Origin: an uncultured Verrucomicrobiae bacterium
Lineage (GTDB): Bacteria > Verrucomicrobiota > Verrucomicrobiia > Chthoniobacterales > JAATET01
Length of the DNA stretch: 64,000 bases
Direction of reading: 5' to 3'
Assembly: GCA_963719495.1 (NCBI GenBank)
Contig: CAVRCI010000003.1
Location: 64,001-128,000 of the forward strand
Positions 48,001 through 58,007 of the stretch are shown here, piece by piece. Below the pieces are notes generated by a model. It was not told where the DNA came from. It made no database searches and saw only the letters and a list, made by a program, of their open reading frames with translations. Positions within the stretch are counted from its first letter, which is position 1. Each line of letters starts with the position of its first letter. The translations under genes and the position numbers were made by a program.

Positions 48001-50542
48001 ATCCGGTCGGGATGGCCTCGGTGACGCGATACGTCCCATCGGTCGCGTCACCGCTGACCAGATTATTCGCTCCAATGGAAAAATCCAGATACCCACCCGC
48101 CGAAGTCCGGAAGCCAACGTAGCCGCTGCCGAATCCGACGTCGTCCGTGATCCGCACAGTCAGCTCCACCAAGTCCGTGCCATCGTTCTTCGCAGAGGGG
48201 GTGATGGACGCACTCACGATCTGCGGCGCCGTGAAATCGGATGGCACCGTTGCTTCGACGACGAAACTCAGCGCGTCCACGGGGGCCTTGGACGTCGCCG
48301 GGTTCCGGACCAAATCGTAGAAGCTGCTCGAACTCACCGTCCACGTCCCGGCCCGGAAACCGGGGGGAGGGTTCTCGATACCGTGTAGATTCCATCCTGT
48401 GCGGTCCCACTTCGACGGTTGTCACGTTCGAGATAAAAAAGACTGAAACCCGCCGGACGCCGTCGTGAAATTGACTTGTCCATAGTCGAAACCGACCGAA
48501 TCGGTGATTCGCACGGTCAGGCTCACCGTCTCCGTCCCGTCGTTCGCCACCGAGGGCGTGATCGACGCCTCCACGATGGCGGGTCCTTCCAAATCGCTCG
48601 GCACCGTCTCTTCCACCGTGAACGAGAGCCCGGCCAGAAGGGGTGAATCGTTGGTGAAATTGGAAGCCAGGTCCGAGAGGTAAAGCGAATCGACGGTCCA
48701 AGTGCCGACCCGATACCCCGCCGCGATGGACCTGCTCACGGCGTAAACGCCCTCCCGAGCCGTCCCGCTGACCCGATCCGACGAATCGATGTAAAAATAG
48801 AGTTCGCCACCGGTGGAGGTTTCGAAGCTCACGTTGCCGTTGCTGAAGCCGGCGGCGTCCGAGATGGCGACCGTGAGCTCCACCACCCCCGATCCGTCGT
48901 TCGCGACGGAAGGAGTGATCGAGGCACTGGTGACCAGCGGGGCCGACACGTCATCCGGCACGGTCGCCTCGACGGTGAATCCAAGAGCAGCCACCAAGGC
49001 GGGATTGGAGCTCAGATGATTCCCGACGTCGAACAAGGTGGCGCTGGTGAACGTGTAGCTCCCGGCTGGGATCCCGTATCGAATGGGGATGCTGATCGAA
49101 TAGGTGCCATCCTGCGCGGTTCCGCCGATCCGGTCGGTCGAGTCGAAATCGAAGTACCGACCCGGCCCGCCAGCTTGACCAAAATATCCGTATCCCGATT
49201 GGAAGCCCAGCGAGTCCGTGATGCGAAGCGTCAGCTCGACAACCCCAGTCCCGTCGTTGGCCACCGTCGGAGTCACCGACGCCTCGATGACTTCCGGCCC
49301 GTCCTGGTCCGTGGGAATCGTTTGCTCGACCGCGAACGAAAGTGCGGCGATGGCCGCGATGTCGGGCGCCGCCGTCGAATTCGCAGCTTCGTCGTTGAAC
49401 GTGTCATGGTAGGTCGTAGTCGGCGAAAAAGTCCCCGCAGAGGCCCCAGCCCGAATCGGCACCGTTACCGCGTAGGTGCCATCCCGCGCCGTTCCGCCGG
49501 TGCGATCATCCGCTCCGACGGTGAAGCGGTAAAAAAAATCACCCTCCTCCTGGAGAAAAGAGACATCCCCGAAAGTGAAGCCACTCGCGTCGGTGATCGT
49601 GAGCGTCAGCGTGACCGAACCAGTCCCATCGTTCGAAGCGGAGGGTGTCACCGAGGCACTCGATACGACCGGGCCGACGTTGTCTTCGGGCACCGAAGCA
49701 TCGATGGTGAAACTCAGCCCGGAAACGAGTGCGGAAGCCGAGGACGAGTTGCCCGCCAGATCGGTGAACGAGTTGAAGGCGGCGGAATAGAGGCCCGGCC
49801 TCGATCCGAAGGCCACCGGAATCGTCACTTCGTAAACCCCACTTTCGCTCGTGCCGCCGACCCGTTTCGTCGCATCGAAGTAAGGCGAAATGAACCGCCC
49901 GTTGGCTTCGCGGAAACTGATCGAACCATACGAAAATCCAGACGGATCCTCGAAGTCGAGTCGCACGACGATCGTCCCGGTCCCGTCGTTGGAGATCACG
50001 GGCGTGACCGACGCGCTGGAGATGGTCGGACCGACGAAGTCCAACTCCGCCCCTTCCTCGAAAGCGAGATTTAAACTGACGCTTCCGGTGTTACTCGACC
50101 ACCCATCGACCCGAATCTGGAGAATTTGACCGGCGTCGACCTGAAGCTTCACCTCACTCTGAGACGTCCCACCAGCTTCGTCGTTTTCGCGAAGTAAGGA
50201 AAGAGACTCCACGCTGGTTCCGCTGTAAAATCCGAGGATCGTGTCGAAGTCGCTGCCAAACGTATCCACCGTCACCACGCCCGCAGTCGACGCGGTCCAC
50301 GTCCACCAGACGGAATTCGTTGGCGAGTAAGCATTCGGTTCGCCCGACTCGCTCGTGGCATCGAGGTTCGATCCGGTCACCGACGCAGAGTTGCCGACGA
50401 TGGTCGCGCGATTGGCGAAATAATCGTTCGTGGGAGCCGCATAGGCGGTCACCCCGCTGATCCCAACCACCGCGAGAGTTGCAAGCCAGGGACGCGATGA
50501 GAACAGAACGGTCGAAGCGGCGAAGAAGGGTAGTACCGTCAT
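45098..50542 (-). CDS. Giant secreted/surface protein: PPC-like N-domain, 12 tandem ~117-aa beta-rich repeats, Pro/Thr linker and basic C-terminal domain; frame broken at about 48360-48440
   Basis: Signal peptide, then PTNDYFANR…SVWWTWTA…DTFGSDFDT. Repeat consensus D-x2-[GA]P-x3-ASVTP-x3-NDG…SGTA-DG-Y…G-W…D-x3-N. The two ORFs (48422-50833 and 45098-48337) are in the same frame and are joined by three apparent 1-bp deletions. Confidence 0.8.
45443..45730 (-). repeat. Coding 12-bp minisatellite, about 24 x TP(N/D/E)P
   Basis: Tandem GGCGTTGGGTCT/GGCGTCGGGTTC-type units in frame with the giant protein. Confidence 0.9.
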
Positions 50543-50642
50543 GGAAGAGCGAATTTTTTGGCTGCTGATTTTAAAAATTAGAGGGTTTCTTGCGAATTCC
50601 AATCTGGTAAACAAGCGGTAGTTTGTGGTAAAAACTGTTCGG

Positions 50643-51539
50643 ATGGCGAAAGGAAGCAGGACCTTGACCGAGGACGAAGTCCGGACCGTTCGGTCGGCAG
50701 CCGAGTCACTCGGATTCTCGGACACAGAACTGGCCTCCAAGGCGGGAATTGATTCGAGCAATCTCTCGAAAATCCTGCGCGCGAAGCTGCCCGCGACTCC
50801 GATGGTCAGCCGCTCGCTCGAGACGGTCCTCAAGATTCGGTTCGAGCGGCGCGACCGGCGCCACCAGCTTCAAGTTTTGGGTTGGACGGAGGTGCACGAG
50901 TGGGGCTGGACGGTCGAGCGGCTCCTCGACGTGCTGATCTCGCTGGACTACGAATTGATTGCGGGGATCGACGAACGGCACGAAGGGAGTGCGGCACAGT
51001 GGGCACCGGTCTTCCTCAAAAACCCCGACGGTTGGCGCGTGGTGTCGACTTCAGACCGCGAGATCCAAGGTTACTGGTCGCTCGTCCCTCTCCGGTCAGA
51101 AACTTTCGCCCGAGCGACAGCTGGGGAGCTTTTCGATGGATCGATCACGAAGGACTCGGTCCACGCACTTGAGCTGCCGGGCGACTACCTCGGGTATCTG
51201 CCCATGATCGCGCTCCGCAAGGAATGGCGGTCGGCTGGCAGCGCGATGATGTTCCTGAGTCTGATCCGCAGCTTGGAGCGACTCGCCGAGGTTGGGATCT
51301 TTTTCCGAGAATTGTGCGTCAACGCCTGCACGCCCGACGCGATCCGGCTGTGCGACGACCTCGGGTTGACGCACGTTTGCAGCCACGTCGACTTTGGCGA
51401 AATCTACCACTCGAACCTTCTGGAGGACCCGGCCCGTAACTTCTTGCAACGATACCCGAGGCTTCTCCGACCTTACCAACAACACTCGAACGATTGGCGG
51501 GCTGTCAACCTTGGTCGGAGCCTCCGGGAATCGGACTGA
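50643..51539 (+). CDS. XRE-type HTH domain fused to a GNAT-like domain
   Basis: HTH segment LGFSDTELASKAGIDSSNLSKIL. The C-terminal part has GYWSLVPL, IALRKEWR and NACTPDAIRLCDDLG, which suggest a GNAT fold. Confidence 0.65.
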   Translation: MAKGSRTLTEDEVRTVRSAAESLGFSDTELASKAGIDSSNLSKILRAKLPATPMVSRSLETVLKIRFERRDRRHQLQVLGWTEVHEWGWTVERLLDVLISLDYELIAGIDERHEGSAAQWAPVFLKNPDGWRVVSTSDREIQGYWSLVPLRSETFARATAGELFDGSITKDSVHALELPGDYLGYLPMIALRKEWRSAGSAMMFLSLIRSLERLAEVGIFFRELCVNACTPDAIRLCDDLGLTHVCSHVDFGEIYHSNLLEDPARNFLQRYPRLLRPYQQHSNDWRAVNLGRSLRESD

Positions 51540-51654
51540 CTGGCGGTTCGGATCATTCACGATACCGGGAGCAATCGTCAAAATCTCTCGCGACGACAGA
51601 AAAGTTCGGCAGCCTCGTCGGACGTTGAAAAGCTCCGTTGCGCATCCCCCCCCA

Positions 51655-52200
51655 ATGACCGTTCCGCTCTGGGTCCGCGCGTCGCTGCGCGTCGAGGTTG
51701 TGCTCGGAGTTTTTCTGCTCGCCGTCGCGATGTTTCAGCCCGGCCAAATCATGGGGGCTATGCCCAGCAATTCACTCTCGACCGATGTGTTCGGCACCAT
51801 CGGGACTTTCAGCGGCAAGGGCCCTGTGCGCGTCGTCACCGCCGGCCGCGCGCGGTAGAATCACATCTTCTTCAACCTCCTCAACAGCCTCCTCCCCGCT
51901 CGCGAATCCCGCCTCCCCGCCCGCGCCCGCCCGTTCAGCATCGCCGCCACAGCTGCAAGCCCGGTCGTGGTGGTGCTCGTGGCGATGGCGCTCGGGCGCT
52001 TCCTCAAAGCCGGCGTTTTTCTCACCTTCCAAAGCCGAACACCGGGGATGCTCCGCCTCTCGAAGGAGGCCCACAGCTACGGTTTTCTCGCTCTTTTCGC
52101 GCTCGTCGGCTCCGTCGGCACGCTCGCCGAGTCACAAAGCCCCACCGCTTCGCGGCCAGCGACCCGGCGACCATCACGTAATTCGCCGCGCTCGCCCTAA
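51655..52200 (+). pseudogene. Degenerate membrane protein, possibly a GT-C/PMT-like glycosyltransferase remnant
   Basis: A TM segment, then D…TIGTFSGKGP…*NHIFFNLLNSL, with an in-frame stop and frame changes. Confidence 0.35.
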
Positions 52201-52242
52201 TCCCGTTCGTCCCCCTCCTGTCCCGCCGCCGCGAACCCTCCG

Positions 52243-52574
52243 GTCGAGCGTTTGCGATTATCACCACCGCGCCCTTGACCGCGTCGTCGCCACCGGCGTC
52301 GCGATGGATCTCAACACGAGTGGCCTCAACAAGTTCGCTGCCAGAGATGAATCCCTCGTTTACCCAGCTCACCATGGCCTGCGAACGCGGGATTCCCGTC
52401 GTCCTGGGAGCCGACGCGCACCGTCCCACCCGGGCGGGAGCGGACTACGCCGAGGCCCTCGACCTCGTCGCCGACGCTGGCTACACCGAAGTGAGCCACT
52501 TCCTCGATCGGAACCGCCACACGACCCCGATCGAGACCGCGCGAGCCTCCCTCGAAAGCGCCGCGATCGCCTAG
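52243..52574 (+). pseudogene. Diverged duplicate of the hisJ 3' portion
   Basis: SSVCDYHH|RALDRVVATGVAMDLNTSGL…EMNPSFTQLTMACERGIPVVLGADAHRP aligns to 44358-44663, with an internal deletion and a +1 frameshift. Confidence 0.85.
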
Positions 52575-52591
52575 GGGAGCGCGAGCTTCCA

Positions 52592-53884
52592 CAGCAGTTC
52601 TCATTTTGGCATTGTTGAAGTGCCAGAGGGCGGTCGGCTGACTCGAAGGGGAGGCGAATTGGAGGGCGAGACTCGAAGTGGCGCGAATGTTACGAAATTG
52701 TAACTTGTACTTTTTGGGCAGTACCGGCATGGCTTGGACCTATGAAGACCACGCCGCCCGGTTTGGCCCGCATTATCGGGAGGTTCCGTGCCGTGGCGGG
52801 GGGACTTCCCGATCCGCGCAAGGGTAAGAACACGAGTTTTTCGATGGCGGACATCGCGCTGAGCGCGTTTTCGGTATTCTTCACGCAGAGTCCATCGTTT
52901 TTGAGTTTCCAGCAGGCCATGGAGGCGGCGCGCGGTCGCAACAACGCGCACTCGCTCTTCGGGGTGGGGCGCATCCCCTGCGACAACCACATCCCGGCGA
53001 CGCTGGACACTGTGGCCCCCGAACATCTCTACGAACTCTTCGACGACCTCCACGCGGGCTTCGAGGACTGCGGCCAACTCGAGGCCATGCGTGCGGTGCA
53101 GGGCACCCGACTCACCGCCTTGGACGGCACCTGGTATTTTTCCTCCCAGTCCGAGAACATCCACTTCCCGCACTGCTCGCGCATCGAGCACGCCAATGGA
53201 TGCACGACGCATTACCACAGCGCGCTGACCCCGGTCGTGGTGAGCCCCGGACACTCCCAAGTCGTGCCCTTGCGCCCGGAGTTCGTCGTCCCGCAGGACG
53301 GCCACTCCAAGCAGGACTGCTTTGATCGCCGCGGCCAAGCGTTGGCTGGCCGCCAACGCCGAGCGCTACCACACCGGCAACGACACCCTGCTCGGAGACG
53401 ACCTCTACGCCCACCAGCCCTTCTGCCGCCAAGTGCTCCTGCACGGCTTCCACCTCGAACACAACTTCGGCCACGGCAAAGCCCACCTCTCCAGCCTACT
53501 GGCCACCATGAACCTGCTCGCCTTCGGCCTGCACACCCTGCTCGAATTCACCGACGGCAACTACCGCCTCGTTCGCTCCGCCGTGGGCGCTCGGCGCAAG
53601 TTCTTCGAGCACATCCGCACGCTCACCACCTACCTGCACTTCGAAAGCTGGGACCATCTCATGGACTTCCTGCTCCGGGGTCTGGAAATCGGCCCCTACG
53701 CCTCACTTCGAAACTGAGCCCCATTCTTGCGGCCAATCGCGCGTCAGCCTGCCGCGCTGGCGCAGCCTGTACCGGTCCCGCCCCGCCGCCCATCAATTCC
53801 GGCGGCCACTCCACGCTCATCCCTTTGCTCCAACCCTCTCACATCTCCCCCCTGTCTGCCGGCACCCCAAAATGAGAACTGCTG
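52592..53884 (+). mobile_element. Decayed ISNCY-like insertion sequence
   Basis: 18-bp perfect IRs CAGCAGTTCTCATTTTGG (52592-52609) and CCAAAATGAGAACTGCTG (53867-53884). No TSD. Confidence 0.85.
52742..53717 (+). pseudogene. ISNCY-like DDE transposase with a frameshift (about 53320) and an internal deletion
   Basis: Motifs LPDPRKGKN, SAFSVFFTQSPSFL, ALDGTWYFSS, PQDGHSKQDC and LGDDLY-HQPFC. The sequence then jumps directly to HLEHNFGHG, so the segment expected to carry the catalytic Glu is missing. Confidence 0.8.
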
Positions 53885-54825
53885 CCCCGCTCCGCGAAAT
53901 CCCGCCGCCGCGCCCGCACCTGAATGTCCTCCAGCAGCCGCCGGTTCACCGCGATCAGATCCGCCACGAACCCCAGCACCCACACCTGCACGCCGATGAG
54001 CACCAGGACCGCCGCGATCACCAGACTCGGCAGATGCGTCCGCGTCGTCCCCTCGTAAAAGAGCCAGACCCATCGCAGCATCAGAATCATCCCGAGCGCG
54101 AACGGCAGCGACCCCATCAACGCAAAAAACCGCAACGGTTTGTAGACGATGAAAATCCGAAAGATCGTCAGAATCGACCGCTGAACGTAAGCCGGGATGC
54201 TCTTCAACAAGCGCGACGGTCGCAGAAACCCATTCGTCCTCACCGGCACCGACATCACCCGCAGATTCGCCTGCCCGCCCTGAATGATCGTCTCCAGCGT
54301 GTAGGTGTATTCGTTGAAAACGTTCATCCGCAATGCCGTCTCGCGGTTGATCGCGCGGAACCCACTCGGCGCGTCGGCGATCGACGTCCGGCTCGCCCGC
54401 CGCACCACCCAGCTCCCCAACTTCTGCAGCGCCTTCTTCACGGGCGAAAAATGCTCGATCTGCGAGATCGGACGTTCCCCGATCACCATGTCCGCCCGGT
54501 CCGTCAGAATCGGCTCGACCAATTTCGGAATGTCGTCCGCGTTGTATTGGTTGTCCGCGTCCGTGTTCACGATCACGTCCGCCCCCCGCTCCAGACAAGC
54601 CTCCAGCCCCGCCATGAACGTCCGCGCCAATCCGAGGTGCGGTCGATTGATCACGTGATCCACCCCCAGCCGCCGCGCGACCTCCGCGGTTCCATCCTCA
54701 CTCCCGTCGTTCACGACGAGCCACTCCACCACGTCGACCCCCGGCAGCGACCGCGGCAGCGCCTCGAGCGCCACCCCCAGCGTCTCCTCCTCGTTGTAAC
54801 AGGGAATCTGAATAATAACCTTCAT
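53839..54825 (-). CDS. Glycosyltransferase family 2 (DPM synthase-like) with C-terminal TM helices; the last residues are read from the IS end
   Basis: Motifs IQIPCYNEEE, NDGSEDGT, NTDADNQY and DAPSGFRA. The tail SSSHFGVPADRGEM derives from the IS right end. Confidence 0.9.
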   Translation of the reverse strand: MKVIIQIPCYNEEETLGVALEALPRSLPGVDVVEWLVVNDGSEDGTAEVARRLGVDHVINRPHLGLARTFMAGLEACLERGADVIVNTDADNQYNADDIPKLVEPILTDRADMVIGERPISQIEHFSPVKKALQKLGSWVVRRASRTSIADAPSGFRAINRETALRMNVFNEYTYTLETIIQGGQANLRVMSVPVRTNGFLRPSRLLKSIPAYVQRSILTIFRIFIVYKPLRFFALMGSLPFALGMILMLRWVWLFYEGTTRTHLPSLVIAAVLVLIGVQVWVLGFVADLIAVNRRLLEDIQVRARRRDFAERGSSSHFGVPADRGEM

Positions 54826-54936
54826 GAGCAAGCCCCCGCGGGGAGCGAAAGACACTACCCACCCCCCGCCAATCCTGTCCACCCCGAGGCGTCCGCCCGC
54901 CAGGGCTCACGCATCGAACCCCGAGAGAGTGGCGCG

Positions 54937-54970
54937 GACTGAGGGGTCAGTCCGACTGAGGGGTCAGTCC
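54937..54970. repeat. Tandem 17-bp duplication GACTGAGGGGTCAGTCC x2
   Basis: Copies at 54937-54953 and 54954-54970. Each unit is a mini-hairpin, GACTGA-GGGG-TCAGTC. Confidence 0.7.
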
Positions 54971-55049
54971 GTGCATTGGTTCAAAAAAACTTCAGCATCC
55001 AGATCTGCGACGACCTCAATCTCACGCTGAACATCAATAGCGAAGCCAC

Positions 55050-55356
55050 CCTCGTCGGCATCCGACACAAATTCACCGCCGACGACATCCCGTTTCGATC
55101 CCCCTTCCCCAATGCCGATAGCGTTTCCACTAAGTCCATCGAACTCCGCGAAACCATCCTCGGTTCTGAGTTCCACTATCCCATCGGCGGCTGCCAAATC
55201 TCCCCCTGGGCCCTCCGCTTCGCCCCCATCCCGAATCTCCCGATCGCCGGCCGCTGCCTCTCCGCCACCCACGAAGCCCAAGCCGCCCTCCGCGTCATCG
55301 GCACCGCCCTCGCCACCGGCGAAGCCGCCGGAAAACTCGCAATGCAAACGCTCTGA
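55050..55356 (+). pseudogene. C-terminal remnant of an FAD-dependent oxidoreductase
   Basis: Has TADDI…PNLPIAGRCLSATHEAQAALRVIGTALATGEAAG but no N-terminal Rossmann region. The start coordinate is approximate. Confidence 0.7.
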
Positions 55357-55360
55357 AAAC

Positions 55361-55432
55361 CTCACGCAGACAAGCAGAGCAGCCGAGAATACAATTCAGA
55401 AAAATCCCTGCGCCTCGGCGTCTCTGCGTGAG
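55361..55432. repeat. CGCAGAG-type inverted repeat element
   Basis: CTCACGCAGA…TCTGCGTGAG with inner degenerate arms. A lone related arm lies at 1108-1135. Confidence 0.65.
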
Positions 55433-55467
55433 CCCATGGATTGTATTCGAGACGACCAATCCTCCCA

Positions 55468-56340
55468 ATGCCGACCCCGATCCCTCCCGCCGAACTCACC
55501 ATCCGCCCGCTCACCCGCGCCGAGTTCGATCTCACCATCGACCGCGCCGCCGCCGAAGGCTGGAACCCCGGGCTTCACGACGCCGAACTCTTCTGGCAGA
55601 CCGATCCCGACGCGTTTCTCGGAGCCGAATACCAGGGCCGCCTCGTCGCCTCCGGCTCCATCGTCTCCTACGGCGACGCCTATGGATTCATGGGACTTTT
55701 CATCGTCGAATCCACCCTCCGCGGTCGCGGCATCGGAACCGCACTCTGGTTTCACCGCCGCGATCTCCTCCGCTCCCGACTCCGACCCGGGGCCGCCATC
55801 GGGATGGACGGCGTCTTCGAAATGCAGGCCTGGTATGCCCGCGGTGGCTTCAAGTTCTCCCACCGAAATCTCCGCATGACGGGGACCGCAACAACCGGTC
55901 CAAAACACGCCCAAATCTTCGACCTCACCGAACTCCCCCCATCTCTCGTCGCCGACTACGACCGCGATTGCTTCGGCTGCGCCCGCGAAAAATTCCTCAC
56001 CGCCTGGATCACCCAACCCGACGCATCCGCCCTCGGTCATGTCGAAGACGACCGACTCCTCGGCTACGGCGTCATCCGAAAGTGCCGCGTCGGACACAAG
56101 ATCGGCCCCCTCTTCGCCGACGATTCCGACACCGCCGACTCCCTCTTAACCGCCCTCGCCAATTACGCCGCCGGCTCCGCGATCTTCCTCGATATCCCAG
56201 AAAACAACCCCGCGGCCCGCTCCCTCGCCACTCGCCACGGCCTCACCGAAGTTTTTGGCTGCGCCCGCATGTACAACGGCCCCGCCCCCGCCACGGACGA
56301 CCAAAAAATCTTCGGCATCACCACCTTCGAACTCGGCTGA
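55468..56340 (+). CDS. GNAT N-acetyltransferase (two-domain, YitH-like)
   Basis: Motifs AAAEGWNPGLHD, GLFIV…RGRGIG, KIGPLFAD, LDIPENN and FGITTFELG. Confidence 0.88.
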   Translation: MPTPIPPAELTIRPLTRAEFDLTIDRAAAEGWNPGLHDAELFWQTDPDAFLGAEYQGRLVASGSIVSYGDAYGFMGLFIVESTLRGRGIGTALWFHRRDLLRSRLRPGAAIGMDGVFEMQAWYARGGFKFSHRNLRMTGTATTGPKHAQIFDLTELPPSLVADYDRDCFGCAREKFLTAWITQPDASALGHVEDDRLLGYGVIRKCRVGHKIGPLFADDSDTADSLLTALANYAAGSAIFLDIPENNPAARSLATRHGLTEVFGCARMYNGPAPATDDQKIFGITTFELG

Positions 56341-56361
56341 CCTGATCCCGCCCGCCTCCCG

Positions 56362-57261
56362 TCACGCCGCCAGCCACGCCCGCAGCGGCGCACGGTAGTG
56401 CCGACCGACCGGAATCGGATCACCGAAGCCCGTCAGCCGCAGCCGCCAGTTCCCCCCGGCTCGGTCCAGACTCTCGATCTTGGAAAGATTGACCACCGCC
56501 CCGCGGTGAGCGCGCAGGAAGCGCTCGGCCGGGAGTTGCTTTTCCCAGGCACCGAGAGTCTTTAATTCCATCACAGCGGGCCGACCCTGGAGGTGGACTC
56601 GCGTAAAATCGTCATCGGCCTCGATCCACAGAAGTTCGCTCTCCGCGACGGTGTAAATGGTCGAGCCGTCCCGGAGAACGATTCGGGGCTCGCTCGGATC
56701 ACTCGCCGGAAAAACTTCCGCAGTTTTCCCAGTGGGCGCAAAGAGTCGAAGCGCGATCAACTCGCCAGCGGCACGGACGATCCGGGCGTCGAGATCGGTC
56801 CACGCGATGGGGCGCCGGACGGCGTCGAATCCGATCTGAATCGCCAGCCGCGAATCATCGAAGATCGGAACGAACAGGATCGACCGAATGCTCTGCCGCC
56901 GGAACGCCCGCCGCAAATCAGGCGCTTCGTCGTCGACGACATGCACGTCGGCCAACGAAAGGGTCTCACCGCGAAGCAGCCGGTCGTGAACCCATTTCCC
57001 GAAGGTCACCGGCACGCCCTGAAACTCGTGGACGAACGTCTCGATTCCCGGCCTCGCCCATTCGTGGGTGTTCCAAAAATGCGTAACCTCGCGGTTGTAG
57101 CGGATCACCCACGCGCGGTCGGCACCCCGGGCCGTCCCAATCTCACGAAGGGCAAAATTCACCGCCTGCGCCTCCGGCAGGCTCCGGAGTTCGGTGGCAA
57201 GAAGCGCCCAATCAACCGGGCGAGTGTGGGTGCGTTTCGAGGATTTTTTGGCACTAATCAT
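56362..57261 (-). CDS. GAF-domain plus LytTR DNA-binding regulator
   Basis: GAF motifs ADRAWV…NTHEW…IRSILFVPI…IGFD. LytTR motifs WIEADDDFTRVH…FLRAHRGAVVNL…PVGRHY. Confidence 0.85.
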   Translation of the reverse strand: MISAKKSSKRTHTRPVDWALLATELRSLPEAQAVNFALREIGTARGADRAWVIRYNREVTHFWNTHEWARPGIETFVHEFQGVPVTFGKWVHDRLLRGETLSLADVHVVDDEAPDLRRAFRRQSIRSILFVPIFDDSRLAIQIGFDAVRRPIAWTDLDARIVRAAGELIALRLFAPTGKTAEVFPASDPSEPRIVLRDGSTIYTVAESELLWIEADDDFTRVHLQGRPAVMELKTLGAWEKQLPAERFLRAHRGAVVNLSKIESLDRAGGNWRLRLTGFGDPIPVGRHYRAPLRAWLAA

Positions 57262-57336
57262 GTTACTCACCGACTCGTTCGGTCGTCCGCCGATTTTTAG
57301 TTGGATTCCCGTCACCCATCGCTCAGGAAATGCCCA

Positions 57337-57981
57337 ATGAAAACGCCATATTTTTCCTCGCTGGCGCAACGGGCTGGAACGGTCGGGAAGATTCTAGCGG
57401 TTGCCGCCCTGGCCCTCCTGACCAACTCGGCCCCAGCCGCCATCGACTACTCCGGCCCGGTTAACCTCACGATCACGCCGACCAGCGGCGAAGCGTTCTT
57501 CAATTTCAGCGGCGGACCTGGCAACGACTATCGGCTGATCTTCCTGTCCAACGACCCCGCCAGCCCCGAGATCCAGGGATTCACCGGCCTCGTCCGCGCC
57601 AATCCAAACGAAGGCCTCCCGCTCATCGGTGCCGGAACCACGGTCGATAAGTCGTTCCTCTCCGCCCAGAACAATGGATTCTTTTTCGAAGATCTCTACA
57701 ACGATCCCGTCGGCGGCTACGGCGGCGGCGGGACCGGATTCATCGGACTCATGACCGGTGCCGACGAAAACAACACGCGCTTCGGCTGGGCCCGCTTCAC
57801 CTACGTCGACGACGGGGCGAACTCCTCCCTCACTCTGGTGGACCACGCCATCGAAACCGAATTCAACCAGCCCATCGTCACCGGAGCCATCCCCGAGCCC
57901 GGCACAATCGCCCTTCTCGTAATCGGCGGAGTCATCGTGCTCGCCTGCCACCGTCGACTTCGCTTTCCAAAATCCGCTTAA
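57337..57981 (+). CDS. PEP-CTERM sorting domain protein
   Basis: Signal peptide and a C-terminal IPEPGTIALLVIGGVIVLACHRR. Confidence 0.88.
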   Translation: MKTPYFSSLAQRAGTVGKILAVAALALLTNSAPAAIDYSGPVNLTITPTSGEAFFNFSGGPGNDYRLIFLSNDPASPEIQGFTGLVRANPNEGLPLIGAGTTVDKSFLSAQNNGFFFEDLYNDPVGGYGGGGTGFIGLMTGADENNTRFGWARFTYVDDGANSSLTLVDHAIETEFNQPIVTGAIPEPGTIALLVIGGVIVLACHRRLRFPKSA

Positions 57982-58007
57982 ACCCGAAAAAACATCTCAT
58001 CAATCGA

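Noticed and set aside
48360..48440. Programmed frameshift or phase-variation site in the giant protein
   Set aside because: Three separate -1 events in about 80 bp with short runs fit a local sequencing error or decay better than a single switch.
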